A DNA stretch of 64,000 nucleotides from an uncultured Nitrososphaerales archaeon (GCA_963713605.1 CAVQMO010000002.1:36498-100497); one strand, 5' to 3'; positions 35,798-47,656 are shown, counted from the stretch's first letter. The notes: a model not told the origin generated them from the sequence alone. Numbers and translations: made by a program.

Positions 35798-36231
35798 AGT
35801 ATGGGATTAGTGAAGAGGTAAGATTTCAATCTTTGATAGTCCCCAGTGGGAATGCCCAAGATTTGTAATTTTGGTATAGTCTGTTCCCATCATTGGGCAT
35901 AGTGCCAGACAAATAACAATATAATGATCAACAATCGTTTTAACGTATTACAGGAGTACAGAATATCTTTTTTCAGAATATCGATAATACAGATGATAAA
36001 TTGTTATATAGAAGAGACCATAATGATTCGTGATACAATTATGATAAAGTGTCTTGACAGCGAAAATGTGTACCGGTCGTACCCAACTATGGATCAAGTC
36101 GTGGGCGTAAGAAAAGCAAGAGATAGTAGAGATATGAGTAAGAATGAACTCATTTCAACTACTTCTTTGGAACTAGTGTGTGACTTGAACTCGTCGTTAA
36201 AATATGACTGCAACAGTGGGGAGTAAAAGAA

Positions 36232-37293
36232 ATGAAGCAGAAAGTTGCAGTTAGTTTCGCTATAGTTTTGGCATTAGCCATGATGCTATCGACTAATCCA
36301 GCCATGATAATGCCAACTAGTATATTTGGTAGTTCAGATGGAGCTGATGGCTCACAAGATGAATCTGACTCATCAGAAAGTGAACAGCCAGTAGAGTCGG
36401 AACCTGAAGTACCAGATGAAGAAACAGAGCCAGCAACAGAGCCAGCAACAGAGCCAGCAAGAAGACAGTAGAACAAGTACCAATAACGGAGCCAGAACTT
36501 GTAGATTGTCCAGATGGTAGTCAAGCAGCTACATTAGCAGAGTGTCCAGCTGCAACAGCAACAGAACTTGTAGATTGTCCAGATGGTAGTCAAGCAGCTA
36601 CATTAGCTGAATGTCCGACCTCAACGGCGCCAGCAAGACCAACATTCGGCTTCAATATACCACCACTTAGCCCTCCACCAAATCCGAAAGATATAGGTGG
36701 TTCGGGTCCGTGCTTGACTGACCCGAATTCTCCTGAATGTGCAGAAGAAATGTTGGCAATCTGGTGCGGTTATGACCCGAATTCTCCTGGATGTGCATCA
36801 CAGCAGGCACACTATAACCTACCAGTTAGTTCCCCGCAAGTAAGTAAACTTCCGGATGGAAGCTGTCCAGCAGGAGCTCTTTTGACAACGGAAGACATAT
36901 GTAGGAAAATTCCTGTATTGCCAGGAGAGTACAACTGGTTCAGGTGGCGGTTTTATCCAAATGATACCAGAACCAACAACACCGACAACACCAACAGGAC
37001 AACCATGACAAATAACACCCAACAGAAGTGGTGGCGGTGGTTCGAGGAGCACTCTTAGCACAACTGTCATAAATCCAGCCGCACCCCCCACAACTACTAC
37101 CGTGAATCCGGAAGTTTCGAATTGCAGGCTTGATGGAAACGCAAATGGAATTCAACAGCAGTTTGATATGGCCAAGTACAATGCTTGTGGACTCTATCCA
37201 ACCGGACAGACGGCATATTCTGAGGGCTTTATTGCAGGCTGTACACAGGCTGGGAACACACAACAAATGTGTATGGCATTCATAGGAAAGTAG
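36232..37293 (+). pseudogene. Secreted repeat-rich Cys protein, broken by frameshifts and a TGA at 37006
   Basis: Signal peptide, acidic linker, EPAT repeats, ELVDCPDGSQAATLAECP x2, DPNSPxC x2, PTT repeats, C-terminal AYSEGFIAGC domain. Confidence 0.7.
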
Positions 37294-37299
37294 GTTCTA

Positions 37300-37482
37300 A
37301 TAGATCCACTTGTGGAAGGTGGACCCTCAAAAGTAGTAGCTGATGGGTTTTACATTCTAACAGAACCGCTATCAGCTGGTAATCATACCGTTCATTTTAA
37401 ATCAAGCTTGATCTGCAACGATCCTGGATGCGCTGAACCCAATTTCGCCCAAGACATTAAGTACAATATAATTGCAAAATAA
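37300..37482 (+). pseudogene. C-terminal remnant of a thaumarchaeal secreted-protein family
   Basis: GPSKVVADGFYILTEPLSAGNHTVHFKS...DIKYNIIAK*. Confidence 0.55.
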
Positions 37483-37830
37483 AGCCCTTCGTCCTTTGGA
37501 TTCTAATTGCCACTAAGAAAGTTTAATTTTCTTTGAACCTGGGATATGTAATGCTTGCTTAGGATTCCAGTGCTATGTCCTAATTTCCTTCCTTTTCACT
37601 TCACTGCAAACGATATCGATAGATAGATATGAGGTCACCTAACTAAGAAAATAATAAGATTCTTATCTTATATTGGATACACCTGAATCTAAAGAGAAAG
37701 GAATGTGAACAAAGCTCCCAAGGACAATCCAGAGCCAGAGAAGGGAACTGCCCATATTGGAAAGTTAAAACCAGACCATACAAAATTATCTTCTTTACTA
37801 GTATCTTCTGAGCCCCAACAGTAAAAGAGG

Positions 37831-38013
37831 ATCTTAGTGATAGACGCTAAATTCAATGGAATATTAGGTATACCCTTTATAGCTTCTCTTCCATTCATAG
37901 GAGTAGCAGCAGGAGTGTACTTATTTGGTAAGATTTCTATGGCTCACTTTAATCCTGCAGTGACACTAGGGTTTCTGATAACTAAACACATTACAAAGCT
38001 ACATCTAGTATAG
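37831..38013 (+). pseudogene. Aquaporin (MIP family) internal remnant
   Basis: GVYLFGKISMAHFNPAVTLG (first NPA box), flanked by stops. Confidence 0.8.
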
Positions 38014-38315
38014 TTCTTTACCGTAGCAACAGTGAGCCAAGACAAATTCCGACTTAAAAGCGATATAGGAGACGCACGGTAGTGCCGAGACCTTGGTTAG
38101 ATTTGAAACACTAAATGGCTTTCTCATGTTTGAAGAAAAGATCTATTTATCATAATTTAATGTAATCAATCCGGATTTATGTCATAGTAAGACGCTTTAA
38201 AGCATCGCTCTGTCCTAATGCTATTAAATCCCTAAATTCGAACATTATGCATATCCTGGACCAGGCAGCGTGTGTTCTTATATTAGGTTAGTTCCAACCA
38301 TCAATGATAGGATAC

Positions 38316-39687
38316 TTACTTCTTTGGGGAGCGGTTTTTATCTAATTCCTTCATAACTTCATCCAAATATTGTTTGGCATCTTCTTCAGAAAGATAAGGT
38401 TGTATTCCTGTATCTTTATCCATTTTATCTGAATATTCTTTTACAAGCTTTGCCACTTTATCTTGTAACTGCTGACTCATTTGCGCCGTACCAATGCTAT
38501 CAAGTAACTTTAACTCCTTTACAGCGGTCTTTCTGATTGACCTTCGTAACTCTGTATCCTCTGAGATTGACATCGCTGATGAATATACACCTATATAAAA
38601 CAAATACGATCCAAGCGGTAGGGTAAAAGACGGAGCTATTGCAAAAGGTGGGTATGGAAGAGGTACAAGGCCTCCAATGAAAGTTATTATCAACAGGGCT
38701 ATACCAAAACCAGCTAGATTCAGATAATCAGAAACAGATTCTTGTCCAATTTGACGCACTGTTCTTGCTATTGTGAAAAATGCTGCACCAAACAATACTC
38801 CTCCAGCTATAGTAGCCAAAGTTGCTAGAATCCTAAACAGGATCATATCTTGTTCAAAAAAGGGAAATTCAGCAGTAGAAATCTCTAATAAAGTAGGGAA
38901 TATACCCAATAGGGTAAAGGCTAAAGGAAGAAAGATAATCATCCAAAATATAGTAGACTTTCCTAATCTACGAGAGTATTGATAAAGTAGAACTGCAGAT
39001 GCAATCCATATAAGTATAAAATCTATGATCAAGATTAATGTCGCCAAACTCAAGAATATGTTACTAATCTCTTTCATTGAATAGGAAGGAGAAGTCGCTG
39101 GAGGCTCGTTTTGGGATCGTGCTGTTGACGAGTCAATCACTATGGGTGAATCTAAAAATAGAACATACAGACCAGTATCTATTAGCGCGTTACCTATCAA
39201 TATAGATGGGATTGCTAAACTATAACAGAGTACCGATTAGGTTGTGTTTATTCGATCTATACCATATAAAAAATCTCTTTGTCAAAAGACTAAATGATAT
39301 GTAAAAGGGTATTGAACTAATGATTAAACCCATTATTAGCCAAGCTATAAAATACTGAGAAGTTAACACTATTTGAACACTGATAAATACGAAGATTGCC
39401 ACAAGTAGAATCTGAATTATCTTTACTAATCTATATAACCTTCCAAATACCAAGTTACCTGTTCTAAGATGTTCAGTCTTACGTTTGACAAAAAATGAAA
39501 GAAAGAGAAGTCCAGTGCCCAGTAGAGTCGCTGAATTAATTATAAAGAATGCCACCCCCCAGCCTGAAGCCAACTCTTTACTGACTAAGTCATAAATATT
39601 GGCTACTATGGTGTCAATTATTAATGTAGAAAGTAATATAGAGGTTATGATAAAACTTGTCCTGTTCGTGTACGGCAGAACAGACAA
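38316..39687 (-). CDS. Multi-pass membrane protein with coiled C-terminus; 1-nt frameshift near 39235
   Basis: Two hydrophobic ORFs join by skipping 1 nt; C-terminus ELRRSIRK..KLLDSIGTAQM. Confidence 0.75.
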
Positions 39688-39858
39688 TTCAAAAATATTA
39701 TCGCAAACCGGAAATTATAAACTTTGGGGAGAGACAGCAGAATCTCATTGCACGAGATTTGATGAATTTTCCCGTATAAAAAGAGTATAATGCAATTTCA
39801 AAGTATGAATATTGAAGTCATGTAAAGTGTTATATCAATGCGATCACACCTAACGTAT

Positions 39859-40482
39859 ATGTCAAATACTACTGCTAAAGCTTCCTGGAAGCTTGAGGGG
39901 GACTATTTTGAAGGATGTAATTGCGACATAGTATGCCCATGTATATTCTTAGGCGACCCTGATGAGGGTGATTGTCATGTGACCTGTGCATGGCACATTC
40001 AAAAAGGAAATTATGAGAATATAACTCTAGATAACCTTAGTGCAGTAGCAATGTTTGATACGCCCGGTAATATGGTAACAGGACCAAAATGGAAGGCGGC
40101 ACTGTACATTGACGATAACGCATCATCAGAACAGGCAAACGCACTTACAAAGATCTATTCTGGACAAGCAGGTGGATTTTTTGCTGCAGCGGCTAATTTC
40201 ATTGGCGAAATGTTAGGAGTAAAGTCTGTTCCAATCGAATTTGGCATTGATGGAAAGCGTCGATGGCTTAATATAAAGAATTCAGTCGAGCTTGAAATAG
40301 AAGGAGTTAAGGGAATAGATCCCAATAAAGAATCGTGTATAGTCAATCCAGCATTTTCTGCTGTTCCTGGATCAGATTTAGTAGTTGCACGTTCAAGCAA
40401 ATATAATTATAATGATCATGGACTTCAATGGAATAATTCTGGGAAGAATGGCTTTTACTGTCGATTTAGCTATTCGCCATAA
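39859..40482 (+). CDS. DUF1326 domain protein
   Basis: W.LEGDYFEGCNCDIVCPC, WHIQKG, W...LYIDD.AS.EQ..AL..I. Confidence 0.85.
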   Translation: MSNTTAKASWKLEGDYFEGCNCDIVCPCIFLGDPDEGDCHVTCAWHIQKGNYENITLDNLSAVAMFDTPGNMVTGPKWKAALYIDDNASSEQANALTKIYSGQAGGFFAAAANFIGEMLGVKSVPIEFGIDGKRRWLNIKNSVELEIEGVKGIDPNKESCIVNPAFSAVPGSDLVVARSSKYNYNDHGLQWNNSGKNGFYCRFSYSP

Positions 40483-40833
40483 TGATCTAATTACTTTCAA
40501 CCTTTCTTTTCAATCCGCCCTTGACTTTGAACACTCCCATATCACATATCCTACCACTAATAACATAGCCGTGCAGGCTCCCATCAGATTATGATCGAGT
40601 TATATTCACAAGACTGCTCAATACAAATACCCCGGCTGCAATAAATAACCAGGCGCATCCTTTTCAACAGAATCTGCTTATCTTTAAGGTAATCGTATGC
40701 AAGCACTTGGTATCTGGAAAAAGATCATAGAAATAAGAGAATGGAATACTAGCTTCTGAGGGTCAATTCTATATCTATGCATCAAAAAGGTAAACAAAAA
40801 AGGCAAATCTACAATTTCTATGACAGAACTTGA

Positions 40834-42012
40834 TTACTGTTGTCTACTCTCGAGATCTTGCATTCTCGCTGTCAGAGCTATTAATTGATCGGAAAGATGT
40901 GCAATGGCATCATCCTTCATTTTATCCCTATCTCTAAATGACTGATTTAGTACTTCTAGTTCCTCTATTTTGCTTTGAATATCTGCACCCTGCCTCTCTA
41001 GCTGATGCACGTTTAGAAACGTAAGATATGGTTCTATTTTTCTGAATATCTCAGCCTTTTCGGATTCTTTCTTTGCCCAATACGTAGAACCTGAATGACC
41101 TATAAAATATTCTGAAAAATCCTGATATCCTAAATCAGAAACTGTGGTCTTAACAAATCGTCTGAAGGAATGAAGAGTGATCTCCCGCCGTCTTTCGTTA
41201 CCGTCTTCTCTAGCACCTTTGCCCATACGATCTAGTGTTTTTGCGAAAGAGGTACGGAATTCGACATACAAGCTAACAGGATTAGGATTACCACTTAATC
41301 GATGAGCCGAGAATACAAGATCCGAATCCTTCATAATAGGAGTTCTATATTTAGTAACAGTTTTGCCGTTTTCTGAATAACAAATTCGTCGTTTACGATA
41401 CCTATAGGTCAGCCAAGATGATAGCTGATTATCTAATTCTTGGGTAAGAAATATTGTTCTATCCGATCTTGTCTTTGTATATTCTCCTCTTACAAACAAT
41501 CGAGAAGGATTCGACTTTAGACCTAAATCTTTAACACGTATAGACAGAGCTTCTACAGGACGCATTCCAGTTGATGCAAGTAGCATGAGATATGTTTTTA
41601 GTCTAATATCTGAACAAGCGTTCAGTATATCAATTACATCTTCTTTTGATAGTGCCTCTTTAGTTTTTCTAACTACTTTTGGTAGCTTTACTTTCAATTT
41701 GAACTTTCTTGGGCTTATATCTACGTCATAAAACTCAAGAAAATTCTTCAGAGTCACAATTCGAAACTTTAGTGTAGAGTTAGAAATGTTATTTGTCCGC
41801 TGTAGGAATGCCGCGTAATTTCTTATGATAATATAAGGATCTTCTGATCCTTTCCTAACTTTAGTTACTATCTCATCAACTGTCACTTTTTCGTTATAGG
41901 ACGTCAAAATAAAGTTCCTAAAACTGTTTAATCTCATCAAATATTCATGAGCTGTCGACTTATTCATGACAGCTATGTTGTCTATGTAACTAGAGATGAA
42001 ATTTTCATTCAA
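40834..42012 (-). CDS. Tyrosine recombinase / integrase, apparently intact
   Basis: Catalytic set GMRPVE (R), TKT (K), HSFRR (HxxR), GHS (H), TYW (Y). Confidence 0.92.
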   Translation of the reverse strand: MNENFISSYIDNIAVMNKSTAHEYLMRLNSFRNFILTSYNEKVTVDEIVTKVRKGSEDPYIIIRNYAAFLQRTNNISNSTLKFRIVTLKNFLEFYDVDISPRKFKLKVKLPKVVRKTKEALSKEDVIDILNACSDIRLKTYLMLLASTGMRPVEALSIRVKDLGLKSNPSRLFVRGEYTKTRSDRTIFLTQELDNQLSSWLTYRYRKRRICYSENGKTVTKYRTPIMKDSDLVFSAHRLSGNPNPVSLYVEFRTSFAKTLDRMGKGAREDGNERRREITLHSFRRFVKTTVSDLGYQDFSEYFIGHSGSTYWAKKESEKAEIFRKIEPYLTFLNVHQLERQGADIQSKIEELEVLNQSFRDRDKMKDDAIAHLSDQLIALTARMQDLESRQQ

Positions 42013-42062
42013 CGTTACAAATAGCTATATCGTAGCTAATATAGATAATGTATTTATGAATA

Positions 42063-43058
42063 TTAAGGCATCAAAAATTCCTGTATTTCAAACAGGCTTG
42101 ACAGCTCTTTAGAAATTTGATCACAGAATATTCCAAGGAGTTCAAAATCAGCCGGTGAAAAATATCGCTCACTAAATATAGCTAGGACACCAACGCTTGT
42201 ATTCTTATACATTATAGGATAGCCTGCAAATGATCTTAACTTCTCTTTCTTTGCCCAATCCTGATGTCTTATTCTCGGATCATTTGACACATCGTTCGTG
42301 ATGGCTGGCTTATGGGTCTTTACTATTGGGCCTATTTTATTTGAGTCAATGTCCACCTTTGAAAATTCACCATTGATATTCTTGTACATTCCTGCGCTAT
42401 ATTTCAAAATTAAATTCCTTCTATCTTTGTCCAGTAACCATATACGAGCAAATTTTGCATCAAAGTACTTGACCAGACTCTCCACTATTAACTGAAGTTT
42501 GACATTAAGATTCTCGTGTTTTTTCAAAGAGTTAAGAATCCTATAAGCTCGCCATTTCCTTTCATTTAGCTGTTGTTCATCAAAAACTACATACGGTGAT
42601 GCTTTTATTGTACTTGATTCATAGGAACGATAATCTTGAATTAACTCTGCAAATCTATGCAGAAAGTTGTCGCTCTCCAGTTCATACTGTTCTGTAGAAT
42701 CAAAAATAAAATGGCCTACCCAATCCAAATCACCATTCAATCTTGCAGAATAAACACAAAATGCCGCTTCTTCAACATATTTATTCAATCTATCTATTAG
42801 AATGTGAGAATCCTTAGTAAATCTGAATTTAAGCATAATTGTTCTGCTTATCTTTTCCGAAGTGAGTGATGGATTAAAGATTGCTGAATAACCCAAGACA
42901 ATATTATTTTGTTCTAATCTTCGTAATCTATATCTTATCGCCCTTTCTGTTATCTTATATCCCATATTTTTGAGGTTATTTGCTATATCAGCAGCAGGGA
43001 TACGTGCGTTCTTGCTCAGGCTAGAGAGGATCACCTTGTCGATTTCATCAATTATCAA
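42063..43058 (-). CDS. Lrp/AsnC-family regulator with C-terminal GAF domain
   Basis: DEIDKVIL..L..NARI..AIRYRLRRLE HTH; GAF ARIWLLD..TNDVSNDPRI..SFAGYP..VGVLAIFS. Confidence 0.85.
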   Translation of the reverse strand: MIIDEIDKVILSSLSKNARIPAADIANNLKNMGYKITERAIRYRLRRLEQNNIVLGYSAIFNPSLTSEKISRTIMLKFRFTKDSHILIDRLNKYVEEAAFCVYSARLNGDLDWVGHFIFDSTEQYELESDNFLHRFAELIQDYRSYESSTIKASPYVVFDEQQLNERKWRAYRILNSLKKHENLNVKLQLIVESLVKYFDAKFARIWLLDKDRRNLILKYSAGMYKNINGEFSKVDIDSNKIGPIVKTHKPAITNDVSNDPRIRHQDWAKKEKLRSFAGYPIMYKNTSVGVLAIFSERYFSPADFELLGIFCDQISKELSSLFEIQEFLMP

Positions 43059-43314
43059 AGTGTCAAAATAGTATATATCACATTATGCTATATAGATTGA
43101 TTAGTATATAGATAGATTAGAATTACAATTAACATCAACTGGCTTATATAATACTCTTTGATCGGTAATATCTTGTGTTTTCCATAATATATTGACAAAA
43201 GTAGATGCGAATAAGCAATAGATCAATACTAAAGAAATAGGAATAACGATATTATTATTCCACGAATCAGTAGTTTTTATGCTTCCGTCGCGTACAATGC
43301 TATCGCAATTAATT

Positions 43315-43677
43315 TTATACGATCTCAGCTACTAAATCAGTTAAGCGATCTGTGTCAAATGGTTTTAGTATGTAAATTGATATGTAATTACCATCTTCTA
43401 ATTCTTTTATGAGCACATCATCTACATTATATGCTGAATTGAGAATTATTTTGGTTTCATTGCATTCGTGTATTTTGCGAGTAACAGAATCGCCCAGCAT
43501 GCCACCTAAATTGTAATCCAAGAGTATGGAAGATATCTTGTTACCCCGGCTTGTTTCTTCTGCGTACCTTTCAATACACTCTTCGCCAGAATTTACCATT
43601 ATTACATCATATCTTGACTCGAACATTAACCCAAATAATAAACGCATGTCTTGTTCATCGTCACATATCATCATCAT
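43315..43677 (-). CDS. Stand-alone receiver (CheY-like)
   Basis: MICDDE, ILLDYNLGGMLGD, SAY, LKPF. Confidence 0.85.
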   Translation of the reverse strand: MMMICDDEQDMRLLFGLMFESRYDVIMVNSGEECIERYAEETSRGNKISSILLDYNLGGMLGDSVTRKIHECNETKIILNSAYNVDDVLIKELEDGNYISIYILKPFDTDRLTDLVAEIV

Positions 43678-43990
43678 TTTCTTTTTTACTTCAAATTACT
43701 TTGATCAAATTTCAATTTCTGGGTCTCCATTTCACTTATTCTCCGCTCTTCACAGCTTTCCCGTGTTCCAGACTATATATGTCGATACACAGTTATATAC
43801 AATCCTATATATGATCGCACATAGTTCCAATATTATAGTATCTATGTAGATGAGTATTACGCGGTGGAAGCCCGCTGTTGTTTTGCTCATATAGAAGTTC
43901 AGCGAAAGCCTCTGCTAACCCATTTGCTTCGGTCGGTGAAAATCGTCATCTAATCATTAGTTGATGACAGGCTTTTCTTAACAGACAGTT

Positions 43991-44638
43991 CTATGTGTAA
44001 ACCTCTCTTTGTCTATTAACTGATAACTCTGCAGCAGTTTCTCTTGCTGTGTTTGCGATGGTTTTTGCATTATCCACATTTATTCTTGAAAGCTCTTTTG
44101 TATGTCGTTGTGCCCGTTCGAATGCGTTTCCCAAAGCTTCAATATTTCCAAATAAGATGTCATTCCATATTCTTGCTGCTGCTGAGAGGTTTTCAGCAAT
44201 ATTGCTAACTGCTCTGACATATGTCTCTGCCGGTACTCTCGGAGAAAACCAGTAATCATGTAATCTATTAGCATTTTCATAATACGGAGCTGCAGAGTTA
44301 ATGAGCGAATCAACTACTGACTTTTGAGCTTCAATATAATCTTCTACCATTTTTCCAGTCGATTCTAATACTTGTTCTTGATAGTGAGTAACTACAGTTG
44401 TGAATTGTGGAATTTGAGTTCTTGCTTCGTCTATTGATTTTCTTACATTCTCTTTTGTTTCATCTAATGATTTGTGAAATGTGCGTTGAAAATCTTGTAC
44501 TGCTACTAGTTGTTGTTGTTGCTGTTGTCCAACTTTTTGTAGAGTTTGGGCTGCATCGTTTTTATCTCTTATACTTTTGGCTTCTTCAGCGACTCTTTGA
44601 GTGTCTTCAATAGCTTTAACTTGTTCTGTTTTGGACAT
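43991..44638 (-). CDS. Amphipathic helical protein (possibly phasin-like)
   Basis: 215 aa Gln/Ala/Glu-rich helical sequence with no TM segment. Confidence 0.7.
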   Translation of the reverse strand: MSKTEQVKAIEDTQRVAEEAKSIRDKNDAAQTLQKVGQQQQQQLVAVQDFQRTFHKSLDETKENVRKSIDEARTQIPQFTTVVTHYQEQVLESTGKMVEDYIEAQKSVVDSLINSAAPYYENANRLHDYWFSPRVPAETYVRAVSNIAENLSAAARIWNDILFGNIEALGNAFERAQRHTKELSRINVDNAKTIANTARETAAELSVNRQREVYT

Positions 44639-45019
44639 CTAACGATAGTTATATAAATACTGGCAATTTAATGGAATTTGTCCCCATATTAGGTAACATC
44701 AGGCGTATTGTGGGATTAATACAGCGTACGTTCTAATATTATTAGTTAATAGATGCGATATCTATAGCCTGGTTGGTCATAATGCAATAGATATATTCAA
44801 CATCGAGATTGTTCTGTGATTCTTCAATAAATATCAATTCCGTCGAAAATAATATGCCTATAAGCATGAATTCTTTCATCAGTGATTATGGAATAAGATG
44901 AACAAGTAAAGAAACAAAAGGCGTATACTAAATTTGTGCACACTGCATACTCAGTCTGTATCAAAATAATGAATAATTAACTTCTAAATAAAAGGCAGAG
45001 AATGTAATGGCAGCTGAAT

Positions 45020-45376
45020 CTAAAAATATATTGGTACGTGATGTTTCTTAGTAGCAGACTGCTTATCTACGATGTCATTGCTTCTACTGAACTCTATCTC
45101 CATGCCCCGTGTTACATTGTAATCTATTCTAAATGACTCGTTTGTGGAAATTGGTATTTGCATAGTATCATGAGAATTACAAACATGACAACGGAGAACT
45201 TTTAATGAAGTCTCCAAGTCGTCAATACTGAAATAAGATGCACACCAATAACAAGAATTGCAAATTACAAAGTAAATATGATCTATGCGTCTCAGTGCAC
45301 TTGTGTTATTTTCTCTTTCTATAGTATTAGAAGAGAATTTGGTTTTTTGAAGTAGAGACATTTTTAAGAATCTCAA
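45020..45376 (-). CDS. Zn-ribbon protein
   Basis: FVICNSCYWCAS...CHVC. Confidence 0.7.
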   Translation of the reverse strand: MRFLKMSLLQKTKFSSNTIERENNTSALRRIDHIYFVICNSCYWCASYFSIDDLETSLKVLRCHVCNSHDTMQIPISTNESFRIDYNVTRGMEIEFSRSNDIVDKQSATKKHHVPIYF

Positions 45377-45617
45377 AGGCTAATCTGTTTAACTCCAGCG
45401 CTTCATTTCCGTAAGCCTGCAAACCGTACTGTCTACCGTCATTGCAGGTTACCTCTACAAATGAATACTCTATTCCATTGGCCAGATGCAATAAACTCGG
45501 AGTTATTTCAGTTATTTGGCATGAGTTTTGCAAATGATGTAGTGCATCTATGCTGCTGCTGTAATCGATGGATATAGTTTGTGGCAGAGTTTCAGTTTCA
45601 GAGTTAGAATCTGTCAT
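45327..45617 (-). CDS. Hypothetical protein
   Basis: 96 aa, starts 1 nt after the upstream stop (operon). Confidence 0.7.
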   Translation of the reverse strand: MTDSNSETETLPQTISIDYSSSIDALHHLQNSCQITEITPSLLHLANGIEYSFVEVTCNDGRQYGLQAYGNEALELNRLAFEILKNVSTSKNQILF

Positions 45618-45618
45618 T

Positions 45619-46110
45619 TTACCCAGTTAAAGAGTTTGCTCTAAAGGCGTATGAAGAGCTTGAGCTTGGCCATACTGCATAGTTATCAATTATTTGAACA
45701 ACTCCATCTGGATATGTAACCGTGAATTTGTATAGGCCCGATGGTAAGTCATTTATCATATAAGCACCATCAGAGTTGGTTGTTACTGAAGTAGAGTAGC
45801 CTGGATTCTTGTCTACTGAACCTGTTAGTCCCATATGTTTGTAGACAAATAGTGATGCTCCAGATACTGGCAAGCCAGATGAACCTATTACAAAGCCATT
45901 TACACTACCAAGATCTGTGACTGGTATTGTTGTTGCTGCTATCTCTTCAGAAGATTGAGGTGATGGAAATGGAGTAGTAATAATGAAAGTGGAGATTGCT
46001 ATAATTGCACCAATTCCAAGACCGGCACCAAGAATTATTACGATTGCCACAATACTACTTAGTTTGTAGTGAAGCTCTTTATCATGAACAGATTTTATAG
46101 CTAATGTCAT
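45619..46110 (-). CDS. Membrane-anchored carboxypeptidase-regulatory-like (Ig/transthyretin-like) domain protein
   Basis: N-terminal TM; GSVNG.V..SSGLPVSGA, TTNSDGAY.INDLPSGLY. Confidence 0.75.
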   Translation of the reverse strand: MTLAIKSVHDKELHYKLSSIVAIVIILGAGLGIGAIIAISTFIITTPFPSPQSSEEIAATTIPVTDLGSVNGFVIGSSGLPVSGASLFVYKHMGLTGSVDKNPGYSTSVTTNSDGAYMINDLPSGLYKFTVTYPDGVVQIIDNYAVWPSSSSSYAFRANSLTG

Positions 46111-46611
46111 CTAATCACTATCACCTCCCTTTCATATAGTAGTCCAGTTGTCTCTAAGACGGCATACTTGTTTGAAAGAGAAGAAGGTGGTTCTATCATC
46201 AAATTATGATAGAGCCAACTTGCTTAATTATTGGTGTATCATAGGCCGGTTAGAAATATCAACAGATTGTAAAATGCATAATCGTATGTACATTAGTAGT
46301 AATGCAGCCACAGAACTCAGGTTCCGGCACTACAATTAATGCATAATCTTTATGCTTCTTAATTAATCGGATTCAATATCTGACTAATATGGAAATAGAA
46401 CCTATTATGGGTCTAATGTATCTGGCAATTGGATTCGGTACTGACTTATCTATCGTTGGAAGTTGCCTGGCATTTCACTGCCTGTAAAGTCAAAGTGTCA
46501 AATGAGAAGATGATAAAACCGTGTCTCTTTAAGCAAGTTAAACTGTTAGTAGTTCCGACTGTACATTAGAGACAATCTGGTGAGCCATCATTTCTAAAGT
46601 TATTTCATTTA

Positions 46612-46890
46612 ATGAAAGCTCGTAAAATGCTGAATGAAAAATATCTCTTAGAATTTCTAAAATATGCAGGTCATGATATACCCGAATTAACCTATAGATT
46701 ACAACAGCTTGCAAACGAAGTCATAGACTTGGAATCAAAGAAAAGGCAATCTATAGATGCGCTAGCACAACTTAGTGATACGTTAAGCTGGTATCATAGA
46801 AATATTAAGCTCAACAAACAAATCTGTCAGATTTGGATAAAAAGATAAATCAAAAGCAGTATGCATTAAATGAAAAACCAGCATCTCACT
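46612..46890 (+). pseudogene. Coiled-coil protein remnant
   Basis: FLKYAGHDIPELTYRLQQLANEVIDLE; no clear N-terminus. Confidence 0.4.
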
Positions 46891-47056
46891 AAATGATATT
46901 TATGATCTAAGTCATCTATCGAGCTGGAGTCGAAATCATTGGACTCAGGTTCGAGTGCTGGGATATCTAGCCCGGCTGTTGTGTGTGTACTACTACTAAG
47001 GTTCTTAGCCGTCTCTAAATAGCTTGTTGCTTAGAACCAATTATTGAAACGTGAAT

Positions 47057-47339
47057 TGACTGCTTCTCAGATTCTGCGTACATATGGTAAGCAGTATACA
47101 CAGATCAGAGAGAGCAATACACTGATGGAATTAACGGAAGATGCACGATGGGTGTCATCTTGTCTTATTTCGGCTGGGATGGTAACCCTAATTCTGATAT
47201 AACTATGAGTGTACATGCCGCCTTAGCAAAAACTGGCCTTCATGATGATTTTTTCATGATTGATCTGAATGACTCGGGTTTGTCATTTGATGAAATCGCC
47301 GATTACCTCGATAAATATGGCAGCAACAGGTATTGGTGA
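47057..47339 (+). pseudogene. Small hypothetical protein, frameshift in AG run near 47110
   Basis: TASQILRTYGKQYTQIRE / QYTDGINGRCTMGVILSYFGWDG..LNDSGLSFDEIADYL. Confidence 0.55.
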
Positions 47340-47411
47340 AGTCAGCTACGTTCTATTTTTCATATTTAGAATATTTCTAAACAGCTTGTTGGCTAACCAT
47401 GTCTAACATTA

Positions 47412-47519
47412 TTATAATACTTTTATTCAATATTGCTTATTAGTAAATGGCAATATCCAATCTCAACCCCATGAGCGATCAAGTTGGTGGCCTGCCCGCC
47501 TGCCCAAATAACCACCAAC
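47412..47519 (-). repeat. Dispersed hairpin repeat, inverted copy 4
   Basis: Reverse complement gttggtggttatttgggc..ggccaccaacttgatcgctcatggggttgagattggata...attgaataaaagtattataa matches 22223-22322. Confidence 0.9.
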
Positions 47520-47656
47520 AGTTTAGCGTTTAGTGATAATCCATCACATGTAACGGCCCTTAAATGAAAGTTAGCAAATGAATTCATACGTTAATACTGT
47601 ACTTCTAAATCTACTTGGCTTCTGCTGCTATAGCATACTCTTTTTATTCATCTTAA

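Noticed and set aside
36420..36610. CRISPR-like repeat-spacer pattern
   Set aside because: Only 2-3 copies, in frame and protein-coding; no cas genes
43905..43975. Hammerhead ribozyme or fluoride riboswitch in nested stems (aaagcct/aggcttt, gtcatc/gatgac)
   Set aside because: No CUGAnGA core with a correct cleavage triplet and no GGCGAUGG start; at most a 3' hairpin of the upstream minus-strand gene
46920..46990. tRNA fragment (ggttcgag) as integrase target
   Set aside because: No cloverleaf or acceptor stem can be formed
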